Source of the DNA: Octopus bimaculoides
Taxonomy: Eukaryota
Reading direction: 5' to 3'
NCBI RefSeq assembly: GCF_001194135.2
Contig: NC_068989.1
Span: 61,636,233 to 61,679,187, forward strand
DNA: 42,955 bases
Part shown: positions 13,725 through 27,480 of the stretch, piece by piece
Position numbering within the stretch: the first letter of the stretch is position 1
Layout of the letters: each line of letters begins with the position of its first letter
Notes under the pieces: generated by a model
What the model was told of the DNA's origin: nothing
Databases searched by the model: none
What the model saw: the letters and a program-made list of their open reading frames with translations, nothing else
Translations under genes and position numbers: made by a program

Positions 13725-14606
13725 AGATGACACATAAATACTGCTGAATATATCTCTCTAATTGAAATGTAAATTCGTGCAGCCTTAGGCAATGAATAAT
13801 TGTGAAAAATTTTGCAGGAGTTGCTGTATGAAAATAAATAGTTCAATTAAAATTTAGAGGCGTTATATTTTTAGGCTCATGATTAGTTTAGTGAAGAGAA
13901 CAGAGAACTATAAATAATTCCCGGAGACACGAAATGCGCTATTATAATTTCGATATAGAAGAACAAAAACATAAAAATGTAGCAATAAAACGGAGATCCA
14001 AAATCTTAGTTTGGAGTATTTCAGAAGTATTTATTTTCTCCTCTTGATCAATCACACACATTTACAGAAACACTTATACATACATATACATACAAACACA
14101 CGTACATACTAGTCGGTTGTTTATGAGGAAAATATTTGTGGAAAAAGAAGAAAGCAAGCAATGGCGATAAAATGGATAAATAGAAAAACGTAAAAATCAA
14201 ATATATTGACGTATGTAAAAAGTGTATGTAATTTCATTGGTAACCATATTTAACAACATGAAATATGTTATATAAAAATATATGATCAAGAGAAGGGAGC
14301 AATACAAAAATAATCAAGAAACCCTTAAGAATCCCTTAAATATCTTGAATATATTTTGAGCAGCGTAAATTAAAAAGTAAGTGAATTATTTAAATGTGGT
14401 ATCTTACAGAAATGCAGATATCCTACAATGCAGGTAACTTAAAATAGACATATTCGAACCATATACACACAAAAAAAAAGACACACGCACGCATAAACAC
14501 ATTTAAATGTATGTGGGCGGGATAGAAAGTGAGAGTGAGAGAGTAAGAGAGTAAGAGAGAGCATGGAATATATTCCTACTTATGTATCTATTCATATATT
14601 CTTTTA

Positions 14607-14691
14607 CACACCAACATCGGTTCTCAAACGATGGTGGGGGGACAACACACACACGCGCGCGCGCACGCACATACACACGCGCGCGCGCACG

Positions 14692-14762
<71 letters not shown>

Positions 14763-14885
14763 CGATGGCCTTCTTTCAGTTTCCGTCTACCAAATTCACT
14801 CAGAAGGCCTTAGTCGGCCGGAGGCTATAGTAGAAGAAACTTGCCCAAGGCGCCACTTCTTACCACACAGCCACTCTTGCGCCTA
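14607..14885 (-). mobile_element. CORE-like SINE (family C) with internal deletion and expanded (CA)n
   Basis: Homologous to 38124-38472 (CTTCTTTCAGTTTCCGTCTACCAAAT...CTATAGTAGAAGA.ACTTGCCCAAG...CTTACCACACAGCCACT). The reverse strand carries CCTTGGGCAAGT, which resembles the CORE domain. Confidence 0.8.
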
Positions 14886-15133
14886 TGTATATATATACAC
14901 ACACACACACACAGAGGGAGAGAGAGAAAGAGAGAGAGATAGAGAGAGAGAGATAGAAATAGATACACATAGATATACATGTATATTTATATATTTATAT
15001 TTCGTTTTTTTTATTTGGCTTGCAAGATTCTTTATGCGAGTTCGTGTGCTGACGCATATTCTGTTGTGCCTGGGGAGAGTACGTCTTCATAAATGAAACT
15101 TCCCCAATACTAAATAGGAAATATATATAGTAG

Positions 15134-15600
15134 ACTAGCAATATAGCCCTGCTTTGCCCGGGATTAAGTTAGGATTATATAGCTAATCAAAGTCTTTATT
15201 TCAAACCAAACTAAATAACATCGACGTCAAATTTAAACTAAATCTGTTGAAATTGGTAACTTTCGGTTGAAAATGATTTGCAGACAATTTGATTGGGAAA
15301 TTCTATAAGGAATCGGTTTATCGATTTTTTCCATTCATCAATGTTTTTTTTTTTTCCGTTTTTGGAGAACTTAAAGCATTCAAAGAGCTCATGAGTCCTA
15401 GGTAATGCTGGTCTCAAGTTTGAGCAAAATACATTAAAATTGGTAAAAGTTATGGCTGAAAATGGGGTGTAGCCAATTTTAGTCGGACATCCTATAAGGA
15501 TTTCGTTTATCGATTTATTAAATCCTGAATAAATGGAAAACCCCATAAGGAATCAGTTTATTGATTTTTCACCCCAAATATGACTTAACCGAACACAATA
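15134..15600 (+). mobile_element. Possible non-autonomous Helitron/Helentron-like element with internal subrepeats
   Basis: Starts ACTAGC...GCCCTGCTTTGCCCGGG, which resembles 5' ends of such elements. ATAAGGAWTYVGTTTATYGATTT occurs three times (about 15305, 15495, 15546). Confidence 0.35.
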
Positions 15601-15620
15601 TTACTGATTCAAAAACAGGT

Positions 15621-15844
15621 CAATGATGGGTCAATACCCAGAAACTCGTGTCCGTGTGTATCACGTCAGGTTGGAGTTGGGAAGAATGGCTTCCCTTTGC
15701 AAATACTGATAGGGCACAAAAAGTGTGTCAATAGCCAGCTGGAGGAGGTGTCTTCCTGCGGCTACAAGCTACAGTAGCATCCACCCTTAAGGGTTAGTCA
15801 AGTTTAAGTTGTGCAGCTACTGTTTATACCGCGTTCAGAGATTT
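15621..15844 (+). mobile_element. Penelope-like pseudo-LTR fragment with a 5'-damaged HHR
   Basis: Homologous to the reverse complement of 18172-18400: GAAAC..GTC.GTG.GTATCACG, TAGCCAGCTGGA.GAG.TGT.T.C...GGCTA..AGC.ACAGTA.CATC, and the shared terminus CGTTCAGAGATTTA. Confidence 0.75.
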
Positions 15845-16299
15845 ATATATACATATGCTTTTTAGTTCTAGATTGTGAGCAAATAATCTACTCGCTCCAG
15901 TAGAATCAATAATACATACGATATGAAGGTAATTGAGAACCTCTATTTAGTACTTTCTTGCACTTCTAACGTCACAGTATAACATGATTCGTACCAACTG
16001 AATTTTCCATGTATTTATTGCATCTTTGTGACATTGTTAAGCTAGACAATACCATTATTGAAAGTCAAGATGGCCACTGTGTCGTAAGGCAACTGTATCC
16101 CTAAAACCCTAATTGGATTAGAGTAATTATTGGTATACTATGTTATATCAAGATGAGTTTAGGGAAGAGATATTAGGTTCAATGTAGTTGTAATATTTAG
16201 CAAGCTTGTTTGCGAAGGATTGGTTCTTTTTAGAATCTTTTGTTTTAGCATGTAATTGAGGAAAAGTAAGCAAATTGCATGCGATACATATGTGTGTGC

Positions 16300-16532
16300 A
16301 TGTCTGTGTATATGTGTGTCTATCTCTAATAATATGTGTGCGTGAAAACAATGAAAGAGATAGTAACAGAGAACAAGCAGAGAGAGAAGAGACAGAGAGG
16401 AAGAGATAGAAAGAGAACAAGGATAGAGAGAGAGGAAGGGAGAGAGGGAGTAGCAGAGAGCCAACAGGCAGATAGTTAGATATATACATTGACTGCGTGA
16501 TAGAGAGCTAGATAGATTAGATAGATAGATAA

Positions 16533-16563
<31 letters not shown>

Positions 16564-16611
16564 CAAAGAACCAGAAGAGAAAGAGGGAGAGAGGGAGTGA
16601 GAGATGAAAGT

Positions 16612-16655
<44 letters not shown>
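16300..16655. repeat. Compound GA/GATA/GACA low-complexity tract
   Basis: Direct inspection; it explains ORFs 16148-16489 and 16159-16722. Confidence 0.9.
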
Positions 16656-16656
<1 letters not shown>

Positions 16657-16657
<1 letters not shown>

Positions 16658-16850
16658 AGAGGCAGCGAATTGGCAGAGTTTTTATAGCGTGCTATGTATT
16701 GTCTGTAAGTAAGTGTTCCCACTCCCTATGCTTTGAGTTCATCAATAAACTACATTTTATGGTGGTGCATATCGCGGAATGGTCAGAATATCCGATAAGA
16801 TACAATGCAGTAACTGTTCAGGATTTTATGTCTTGAGTTCAAATTAAAGC
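16657..16850 (+). mobile_element. Two highly decayed SINE family A heads
   Basis: GAGGCAGCGAATTGGCAGAG...TTTGAGTTCA, and GCGGAATGGTCAGAATATCCGATAAGAT...CTTGAGTTCAAATT. Confidence 0.45.
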
Positions 16851-17779
16851 TACAGTAGTAAAAAAAGGAAGCGAAACCCTTCTGTCAGTATTTAGCACCA
16901 AGAAGAAAAGAGCAATATATGTATGTATGTATATATCAATCTATCTATCACACACACACCCCCCCACACACACACAAGGATGTATGTGTATATATAATCA
17001 ACGGGCAACGATTCAATAAGAGCAATGCTTAATTCACGTATCTGTGATGGACTGCATGCACATGCGCATGCCATTTCCTTCACATCGAAGTAATTAAAAA
17101 ATGCCATCGTCCTGATGAAATATATAAGTATACATTTGAAAGAAAGTCTTCAAGCAGAAGTGAGATAGTAAATGTGATTTGATGGCAGAAATATATTCTA
17201 TTCACAACGGGTTTTCTATCGGAACGTAAGAGGAATAGAATATGTACGCTAATGAGAATTTACATATTTTCTCTTCATATCTAAAAGTAGAGGCCATGAT
17301 CACTACATCACACAAAATCGTGATTTTCTGTCGTTTCTCTTGTTTATTCAACAGACAATTCGCAAGCATTTTACTGATTATTTAGGAACAAGATTTAACG
17401 GAAATGATGTGTTGGTAATAGTGAATTTAAATAGGTTTCTCTGTTTAACTGTGCATGAGTATGCCCTTTAATAACACTGATTCTGATATTTCAGTTTATT
17501 GTTTCCAATATTCTGGTGTTATATAATCGAATAAGTTGGCGTCGAAATATAGCAAAATCCATACTATGTTACAAAAATTGCGCTCCGAAATTCCGAATTA
17601 ACACATTTGACTGGTCTCATAGAGACCCTGCCAGATAATTAATGACGATCGGTAGTTTGTATATAAAAGGAATAACATAGCATCCACATCATATCTGTAC
17701 ACCCGCCCTCCAAAACTACATATTCATACAGTATACATGCACTCATACACGTATATACGAATGCATGTGTTAATATACA

Positions 17780-18170
<391 letters not shown>

Positions 18171-18171
18171 T

Positions 18172-19060
18172 TAAATCTCTGAACGAGAAAAATACAGTAA
18201 CAGTGCCGGATAGTAATGCTTATATGCCAACATAACGTGGCAGTCCTGTAAAGGACGATGTTACTGTTGCTTTAGCCCCAAAGAAACATCTCTTCCAGCT
18301 GGCTAACAACACGCAATCTGTTTCTGATATAATATTTTCCATATCTAACCTTGCGTGATACTCACAGACCTAGGTTTCTGGATGTTATCCTTCCTCAGTG
18401 CGAGATTTTCACAAGCTAGTGACGAAATAATGTGCGAGATATAATAATGTGTGAGATAATGAGCTAGTGACGAAAGCTATCTTCACCGTAAAGCCGCAAG
18501 GTTAGATGGTGTGTGATCAATAGAAAGGGTCTTCAATCTGCGATAAACCTGCTCAATACAGAGAGTGTCGTGTTCTCCAATTCACCAATGGAAAATTGCT
18601 CGTGTCTTCACATTTACTGTAAGTTTCTGATCTGGAATAAAACAGTTTGATTGATATACGATCTCTTAGCTACGCATAACTGGCATTTTTTGTTGTTACT
18701 CCATTACTATACAGAAAAGATCCTTCAACAATTTTCCACTGGATAGTATGTGGCGTGGAATTGGTCTTCAAACTTCAAGCAGCTAGCCTACTTCGTGACT
18801 TTACTTCTATCCATGTGCCAGAAAGAAATCAGTTGGCTAGCATAGCAATTTTGAAGTCACCGTCGCATAATCCGATGTAATTCTTTTTGGTTTGGTTATC
18901 ATGTAGCGTTAACGAATATTCTGCTTCACATATGACAGAGTTAACCATGCATCCCTGAACGGGGAGACAAACTCCGGGGTCTTGACAGTTACAACTAGGA
19001 GTGTGTCTTGGTGGTGTTTGTGGGTAATGAGACTGTTTATATTGGTGCAGCAGCTATACA
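18172..19060 (-). mobile_element. Penelope-like element 3' remnant: decayed GIY-YIG endonuclease plus pseudo-LTR
   Basis: Minus translation PSCNCQDPGVCLPVQGCMVNSVICEAEYSLTLHDNQTKKNYIGLCDGDFK...SLKTNSTPHTIQWKIVEGSFLYSNG..KCQLCVAK fits the Penelope EN pattern CNC..C..VY.A..YIG..FK.R..H..W.I..C.LC. An HHR follows downstream. Confidence 0.9.
18361..18404 (-). ncRNA. Type I hammerhead ribozyme motif with GUC cleavage triplet
   Basis: CTCGCA CTGAGGA a GGAT aac ATCC a GAAAC ctag GTC TGTGAG: 6-bp stem I with one G-U, 4-bp stem II, palindromic ACCTAGGT stem III and a full catalytic core. Confidence 0.75.
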
Positions 19061-19079
19061 ATAAGTTAATTGAAACTAT

Positions 19080-19785
19080 TATATACATATATATATATAT
19101 ATATATATANNNNNNNNNNNNNNNNNNNNNNNNNNNNNNNNNNNNNNNNNNNNNNNNNNNNNNNNNNNNNNNNNNNNNNNNNNNNNNNNNNNNNNNNNNN
19201 NNNNNNNNNNNNNNNNNNNNNNNNNNNNNNNNNNNNNNNNNNNNNNNNNNNNNNNNNNNNNNNNNNNNNNNNNNNNNNNNNNNNNNNNNNNNNNNNNNNN
19301 NNNNNNNNNNNNNNNNNNNNNNNNNNNNNNNNNNNNNNNNNNNNNNNNNNNNNNNNNNNNNNNNNNNNNNNNNNNNNNNNNNNNNNNNNNNNNNNNNNNN
19401 NNNNNNNNNNNNNNNNNNNNNNNNNNNNNNNNNNNNNNNNNNNNNNNNNNNNNNNNNNNNNNNNNNNNNNNNNNNNNNNNNNNNNNNNNNNNNNNNNNNN
19501 NNNNNNNNNNNNNNNNNNNNNNNNNNNNNNNNNNNNNNNNNNNNNNNNNNNNNNNNNNNNNNNNNNNNNNNNNNNNNNNNNNNNNNNNNNNNNNNNNNNN
19601 NNNNNNNNNNNNNNNNNNNNNNNNNNNNNNNNNNNNNNNNNNNNNNNNNNNNNNNNNNNNNNNNNNNNNNNNNNNNNNNNNNNNNNNNNNNNNNNNNNNN
19701 NNNNNNNNNNNNNNNNNNNNNNNNNNNNNNNNNNNNNNNNNNNNNNNNNNNNNNNNNNNNNNNNNNNNTATATATATATATATGC
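19080..19785. other. Assembly gap flanked by (TA)n
   Basis: N run at about 19110-19768. Confidence 0.97.
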
Positions 19786-20989
19786 CAATACTTTAGTCAA
19801 AATGTATCTTTAGTGTTTCCAGTCTTTCAGCAAACCAATTTTTAGAAACGCTTATAATATAATGGGACTCTGGGACTTCAATATCTATACATACAATAAT
19901 GCAAATATGCATCAATTGCTAAAAATGAAAAAAAATAAACTAAATTTGAAAGGCTGATATTTTCCAATTTGCTTGAAATACTGATCTTTCTCCATTCCTA
20001 TGCAATTAAGAAGCAATATATTGTCTGTTATGTTCGAAACATATGAAATAAAATTCCCTATATGTAAACGTTGAGTCGTTTCAATGATATTGTTTCATTA
20101 TAGGGACATGTGCAACTTTTACACACACACAAACACACACACACACGCACGCACGCACACACACACACACACACACATTTGTACATACGTACTTACATGC
20201 AAACATACCTTCATACACGCATACTTACGTACATATATGCATACTCAATATTAATGTATGGCCTCTTTCGTCAAATGCATAGATAATATACAAAGAAAGA
20301 ATGCTAATTCCCATTTCCTATTTTAACACCACATGTTGCTGGAAATATCTAGAATATACTTAACTGTTACGAGGTAATCTAGTAAAGTGCTTCAGACATC
20401 ATAACACTGCTAAAATTCCCAATACACTGCTAAAATTCCTGCCTCTTGATTATTTAACCATATTGGTCTTATGAATCCAAAAATAACTAAACCATTAAAG
20501 ATATCTCAATTAAATTAATTTCATCATTGAAGAAGCGGCATATACTTGGGAGGACAAACCACTGTATGGACCGATATACACTGAAAACCATACAAATAAT
20601 TGTTCTATACTGAATTTCTTCTACTTCGTTGTTGCAATAAAAGAGGTAATATTGTGCAGCAATTGAATCCATACGCAATGTTAAGTATACTGAAACGAAA
20701 TTATTATATCATTGTATTAGGGAAATCGTCATAAACTTTGGGGCAGCTTTGATTTTAAGGCAGAATGTCAGCGTATCCTTATTGTAACATTCTACAGTGT
20801 TGACCACTAATGTATGGTGAGGTATAAAGGATATTGTATAACATCTGCTTATCAAAAGTGAGTTTGGGTAAGGAAAAAAAAAGCAAAAGAAAACAAAACA
20901 CTGCACAAGAAAAATTGTTGAATTTCTAACGTCTTGCATTATATTTACCAGTGACTACATTCGTTATTACACAAGGCATTAAGAAAACG

Positions 20990-21193
20990 TGTTGGCGGAA
21001 TCGTCAGCACACTGGATAAAATGCGTAATGGCATTTCGTCCGCCTTTACGTTCTGAGTTCAAATTCCGCTGCAGTCGACTTTGACTTCCGTCATTTGACG
21101 GTTGATAAAATGACTTCCACTTAAGTACTCGTTTCGATGTAATCGATTAGCCTCCCCCACACATAATTTCATACTTTGTCCTTCTGGTAGAAC
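20990..21193 (+). mobile_element. SINE family A copy
   Basis: TTGGCGGAATCGTCAGCACAC...GGCATTTCGTCCG..TTTACGTTCTGAGTTCAAATTCCGC...GTCGACTTTG...TCGATGTAATCGATT. Confidence 0.85.
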
Positions 21194-23984
21194 TAGCGTA
21201 GTTAGAGAGGACGGCTGTAGATAATATCTATTTTTCGGGAATGGGGGCAAACTGAAAGATCGCTGTGTGTGGCAGACACACTAGCTACGCAAGTGTATAG
21301 TAGATTATTATAAAAGGTATAAGATACCCATAGTTTTAGAACTGAAATTTACCTCGCAAACTACAGAGATTTGGAAATGAAATTTTTACACATATACTTT
21401 ATAATTATTCTACAGTTGATGATGAACACTCATTGCGATGCAGGCTTTTCCATATTGAATGTCCATCCTTTTTAATGGAGAACCATCCCAACAACATTTT
21501 ATTTTAACAAACGGATCAGCTCCATTTTCAGCATATGAAAAATATAACATAAGCACTGTATGATATTAACTTTAAATGGAGGCACAATGTCATGGATTTT
21601 GGTGGGGATTGTATAACAGATTATCGCTGCCGTTGATTTTTACATATTTTATCAATCCTTTGAATAGTAAAGTTGAGCATAATTGACTTCCAAAAGTAGA
21701 ACGCATAAGGATGTAATTAAATACTTCAAAAGTAATTCGTAGCTACTTCACAGATTTTGCAAGTTATTGCCAGCATTTTGCATATTAAGAATATTCTATT
21801 TTTTATACCTACAGATATTACGAAAATGTGGGCATATTGTCTTTCATCTAAACTTTCATCAGTATTTATAATATCATAATGCCGTCTATCTTATTTTTAA
21901 GCACTGGTTTCAAAGAATGTTTTCATTTTACAATATATTCAATGTCTTTCAAAGAAATACATTTGCGATCATTGAATATATTAGCGGTGTGAAGTAAAGT
22001 AAATATGGTCCTTTGTTTTTAAATTATCAAACATGTTATACTACTGTGCAAATGGCTGTAAACTGCTTTATCATGGTCTTTAAACTATATACAAAATTAT
22101 GTAACGATACACCAGAGCTTCAACCCCACTCTTTTAAATTCAAATTCAATGTCGTATATCCGTTTTATCTGAAAGTAAGGCATTTAGTAATCGCTATATC
22201 TATTCCCAGAGCTTTTGGACATTAGCGTCAGATTTTCAAAGTGTTAAAATTTCATAGACGAACGACTATAAGATCAGTATTCAATATTTTTCATCTGCTT
22301 AAAGACAGGCTCACTTAGTAAGTCACATATTTATACTGAAATACAAGCTTAAATCAACAATAACTACGATACTTCTCTCAAAATTCACTCCTACGAACCA
22401 CATTTCGGAATCTAATTATAAATATTTTGGCATAAAATCAAAAGTGTTTACCCCTCCAGTAACTTAGGATGTTAAATGTTATAGAATATTATAAATATAC
22501 AGCGCATCTAGCTTAAGGATATTTTCAATAGACACAACTTCCGATCAATATGACAATAGAAAACCGAAAAAATGTCAATGTTTCATATGGTATCCGACAG
22601 CTGTGTAGTTGAGAGATTCGTTTGATACCCACGAAAAATCTGGAAGACTGAATCTATACAAACACATACATAATGTATATGCGTACTTATACATACATAC
22701 ACATACCTATATATGTATATATGGTGGTAGTAGATCTCCGTCGTTCGCCGACGATGATTCACACTCACACGCACACTCGCAATAACACACACAATGGCTA
22801 CAATGAAAATCATTTATTGTAATTCGTTTATCGTCTGTCTAATTCGAGAAGATCTACTAAAAAATGTAGAAAACTTAATAGACAATATGCATTGTGTGCA
22901 TTTTGTAAGTCAGTCTAAATCTGTTTTAACTATTCTTCCAATTTTATAGGAAATAGCGCAAAAAGTTTATCGATTTTTTCAAATACTTTTTCTTTGAACG
23001 AACAAATCTTTGAATATTTTCACATAATTTTATGTACTTGCCTGAATTTTTCCAAAATATTTTTATGTAATTTCATCTGTGTTTCTTTAATAATTTCATC
23101 TCAATGCAATGCTTTTTTTTTTTTTTTTGCTGTTTTCTTTTATTCGTTTATATTCCTGTTGAATAACTTATAATTAGTTAATTCACTGAAAACTTTGCAC
23201 TAAAAACGACAAGAATTTTTGAAAGCGCTATCTTCATAAATGTAGCAATTTTCTGCTGGAGATGAAATTAAACAAAATATGAAAAATAATTGCTGGGAAA
23301 TTATATATTCTTTGAAATTTTCTTCTGAAACCTTTACAGATATTTCGAATACATTTTTTACGAGCAGAAAATTTCATAAAACATTTGAATATTTATATCT
23401 GTTTATTAAATTATTTATTGTGCTTATCGTCGTATTAACTTAGTTATTCAATTTACAGTCAAAATATTGATATTGACAGAATCTGTAGAACATTGCGTTA
23501 ATTCAGTTTCTCTATGCATACTTACTTTAAGTATCTTCCCAGGGATGGTGAATGAAGGGTCAATCAGTCAGGAAGTCAATATTATTTTCCCTTCACCGGC
23601 TCCTTCTCTCTTGCAGAACCCACTACGCAATACTATACAAGAGACTGAATTTAGTAACTATATTAATCAGTTATACTATTTTCGAGAACTGATGATTTAT
23701 ATAACTGATGATTTATTTATAAGTCATTAAAAAAATTAATGTTTAAGACGTGCAGAGAATTTTATAAAATTTCCAATTTCTTTGCTTTGTGAAATTAGTA
23801 TTGGCAGTGCTCTCTTGTGGCGAACAAGGATTCTGCCAATCAGGTCTCTTATCTGTATGTAATTATTTTTAGATTAATTCCAGAATTTAAATAGTGTCTT
23901 TTACTTTCTTCAAAAAGAAATTATGAAAGAATTTTCCCAATTGCAATAAGAAAGAAAGGAAGAAATATGAACATTTTGATCTAA

Positions 23985-24194
23985 ATTTTGATACAAGGCC
24001 AACAATTTCTGGAGTGGTGGTAAATCGATTACGTCGATCCCATTACTGAACAAGACCTTACTTTATCGATTTTATCAAAAAGGTTGGAAAGCAAAGTCGA
24101 CCCCATGACATTTTTGTACCAACAGAGAACTTCATAAAGCATTTGAACGAGAAATGCTGCTAAACATTTTGCAACGCGCAATAATCTGTCAGCT
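23985..24194 (-). mobile_element. SINE family A copy, decayed
   Basis: ACAAGGCCAACAATTT...ATCGATTACGTCGATCCC...AAAGCAAAGTCGACC...GAAATGCTGCTAAACATTTTGC. Confidence 0.7.
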
Positions 24195-25610
24195 TGACGG
24201 ATTGCAGATATAAGAAAATATTTGCATATGTCGTGGCGAAGATTCCAACCATAAAATAAGAATGTTCAGAAAATGAATTTTTACTAGTGATCATTCCATA
24301 GAGACGATATTGACAAGTATGAAACACAAATGGATACGTATATTCTATATGTTAGGCACCGTTACGTAATGCATAGTGGTTCAAATGAACATCTTTAGAG
24401 CAATTCCTTTAAAATTTCCTTCATTGGATATTATCTTAGACCATGAAATATTCCACAACTAAAATATGTATTGCAAATTTTGTTAATCATTGTAAATGTC
24501 TGTATATAACATTATTTTCTGTCTCACAAGAAATAAACCAAAAAATTTGCAGCGATATCTTTCTTTACGAATAAGAAAACTAAGCAATATATACAAATAT
24601 TGTTATTTATGTTCATCAATTTATTAAATATTATTATCAAATTTAGAAAATTTTCGAATATTTCTATCTACCTCCACTAAATTTTTATTCGTATTAATTA
24701 TTGTCGAAGACAATGCAATAATTTTAGCTAATAAATTCTAGGGAAGTCTTTTATAGTAAGCACGACTAAAAACATTGAAACAGCTTCTCTGCATACATGA
24801 TGAGAAAACGAAATATATTGGGTTTAATTTTTTGTTCCCTCGCACAAAAACAGAGAGAAAATTATTCCAGCATTGTTCATCTTGCAAAGAATGATGCAAA
24901 GGCAAAAAAAATAAAAACCAAAGTGGGCCGATTAATAGAAACATATAAGTATATGCACAAGAATGCGTGCGAGTCACAATGTCGGGAAGCACTGCAACGT
25001 GTGTACAGTGCTATTTTGGAGCGATTACACACATACACACACACACATAGACACAAGATTATGCACACGCCAATGGTTGAAATCAACTGTCTCATGCAAT
25101 TGCTATAATATCTACCCGTTCAGAGACGATCTGCTGAATTCACGAAAATTTTAGTTAGGAAGTATATTATCAACTGGTTCTCCATAGCATCTGAAATTAA
25201 CCAAATTTTTGAACAGGTGTGAGTATTGTCTTAATATTCGATTTTTTTTTATGTATCTCTAATCGAGTGGCTTTAATCTTATATATTCTTTTATATTCTT
25301 TGCTGCTGTAGTAATGAATTTCTGTGAAACACTTCGTAGAGAAAAGAATACGGAGTGGTGACTTAATATTGAAGTTGTAATCATATTACGTATCAAAACT
25401 TATTCCAAGCACTGGAATTATTTTACTTTATTTCAATAAAATAGGGTGAAAATCCATTTCTATAATGTTCGCATGACGGAAAATTCCAAGGAAAGAACGA
25501 TGAATATCTTCGCTAAGTGTAGGTTTACCTCCGAAAACATCAATCGCAAGAACATAGAAGACACTAATTTGAACTCAGTGCATTAACGGCTCAGATAAAG
25601 CATAATCCAG

Positions 25611-25611
<1 letters not shown>

Positions 25612-25666
<55 letters not shown>

Positions 25667-25765
25667 NNNNNNNNNNNNNNNNNNNNNNNNNNNNNNNNNN
25701 NNNNNNNNNNNNNNNNNNNNNNNNNNNNNNNNNNNNNNNNNNNNNNNNNNNNNNNGGGGGGGGGG
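25612..25765. other. (CA)n, assembly gap and G run
   Basis: N run at about 25667-25755. Confidence 0.95.
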
Positions 25766-26927
25766 AGCAGCAAAGAAAATGGATTATTGTTTTGTTTTTG
25801 CTTTTTTTGTGAAATTACTTTTAAAATCTATATGCAATTTTTCAATTGCCTTTAACGATTTTTGACATCGCTTAGCAACAAGTACTGATTTTTCTAAGTT
25901 GTTATTTTAAAAGTACTGCGAATAAAAAATGTATTACATCATGAACAACATCATTGACAAGGATGCAGCATCATTCAGTAAATGCAAATTTTAGCTCTAG
26001 AACTTGCAACATCGACCTACGACGGACAACCGAAGAAGTATATTTTGTAAAGAGTGAACGGAAATGTTGGAGTTAATAGACATCACATAACATATGAAAG
26101 ATGAAGAAAAAAACTGGTGAGAGTGTAAAGCCAAAACGAACGAAAGATGAAAAAAAAAATGACGATGACCGACCGGTAACAAAAATCAATCTAAACGTTA
26201 TATATGCCAAAAAAATTATACCCATTTCCAAATGATGGCTATAGATTCTCGTTTTGCAAGTTTCTTGATGTGAAATCATGTATTAAATTGTGCTTTCGAT
26301 AGTCTGGTTTACTTACGTCCACATATTTATGTATTGATATGGTTGTGAATGCATATGTGTGTGTATGTCTATGTAGTTATGTGTCTGCGTGTATCAGTAT
26401 TTGATTTTATGTAAGGCTTTATATAAAAAAAAAACAGTTTAAGATAACATTCAATCATCACCAATAATGCTTCAGTAGAATACCATATTTGATTTTTAAA
26501 GGAAAAAAGAGTTAATAGTTACGCACATATTTCGGCAGTATATATATATGTGAATGGGAGAGTAGCATTCGTGAGAGATAAACACATATCAAGAAAGAGA
26601 GAGAGAGAGAGAGAGAGTGAGGGGGTGTAGTATATCGCGAGAGGGGGCAAGCGCAAAATGTATATAGAGAACGATAGACAGTTATAAGACGTGACACACG
26701 TACACACAACCACCCACGTGCACACACGCACACGCACGTACATCAACATCGGAGTTTAGGATGATGGATTCTAAAGATATTCAATGCCGGCAATCTGAAA
26801 CAGGAGTTATTTCTCCTGTTAAAAAATACAATTTAATTACTAATAACCGAAATCTCCCGCACTGGAATCCAAATGTCGAAAATCATATCCGTTTTATTTT
26901 CTCGGACATGCACATATAGATACATAC

Positions 26928-26958
<31 letters not shown>

Positions 26959-27361
26959 CATACATAAGCTGATATTTATTATTTATATAACAGATGTGTG
27001 TGTGTGTGTGTGTGTGTGTGTAAACTCTACGCGAGCCTTTAAAATTATTCCTCTCTCAAAATAACGTTTAATCCACTCCATGTTTTTCATTTCCAACAGA
27101 TGACCACCCCTCTCTGAAACATATACCAAATTCGAACACAATTTACAACACGCATTTGAAACGCCTCAACAGCTACAATCAAACTCACAAAATCTATTTT
27201 ATCATTTGACGACTCGAATATTTCAACTTTATTGAGCTAAACATAGGATATAATGCTGAAGTCATTCAACACATTTCAAGAAACAACTTTTTCTGCCTAT
27301 ACCTCGTCCTTCTCTTTTTCTTTTCCTTTTTCCACTACTACTATTGCTATTCACTTTTCAT

Positions 27362-27363
<2 letters not shown>

Positions 27364-27420
<57 letters not shown>
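27364..27420. repeat. (CT)n microsatellite
   Basis: Direct inspection. Confidence 0.97.
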
Positions 27421-27425
<5 letters not shown>

Positions 27426-27480
27426 GATTTGTGTATATTCTTTCATATATTCCTGTATATTCCTTTCTTCTATAGTCACA

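Noticed and set aside
22730-22815. Possible LTR end fragment
   Set aside because: Too short, with no second LTR, PBS or internal domain.
23617-23730. Strong plus-strand acceptor with a 37-codon frame
   Set aside because: No linked upstream exon or recognisable product.
24797-25108. 103-aa plus-strand ORF
   Set aside because: It runs through a CA repeat and has no domain signature.
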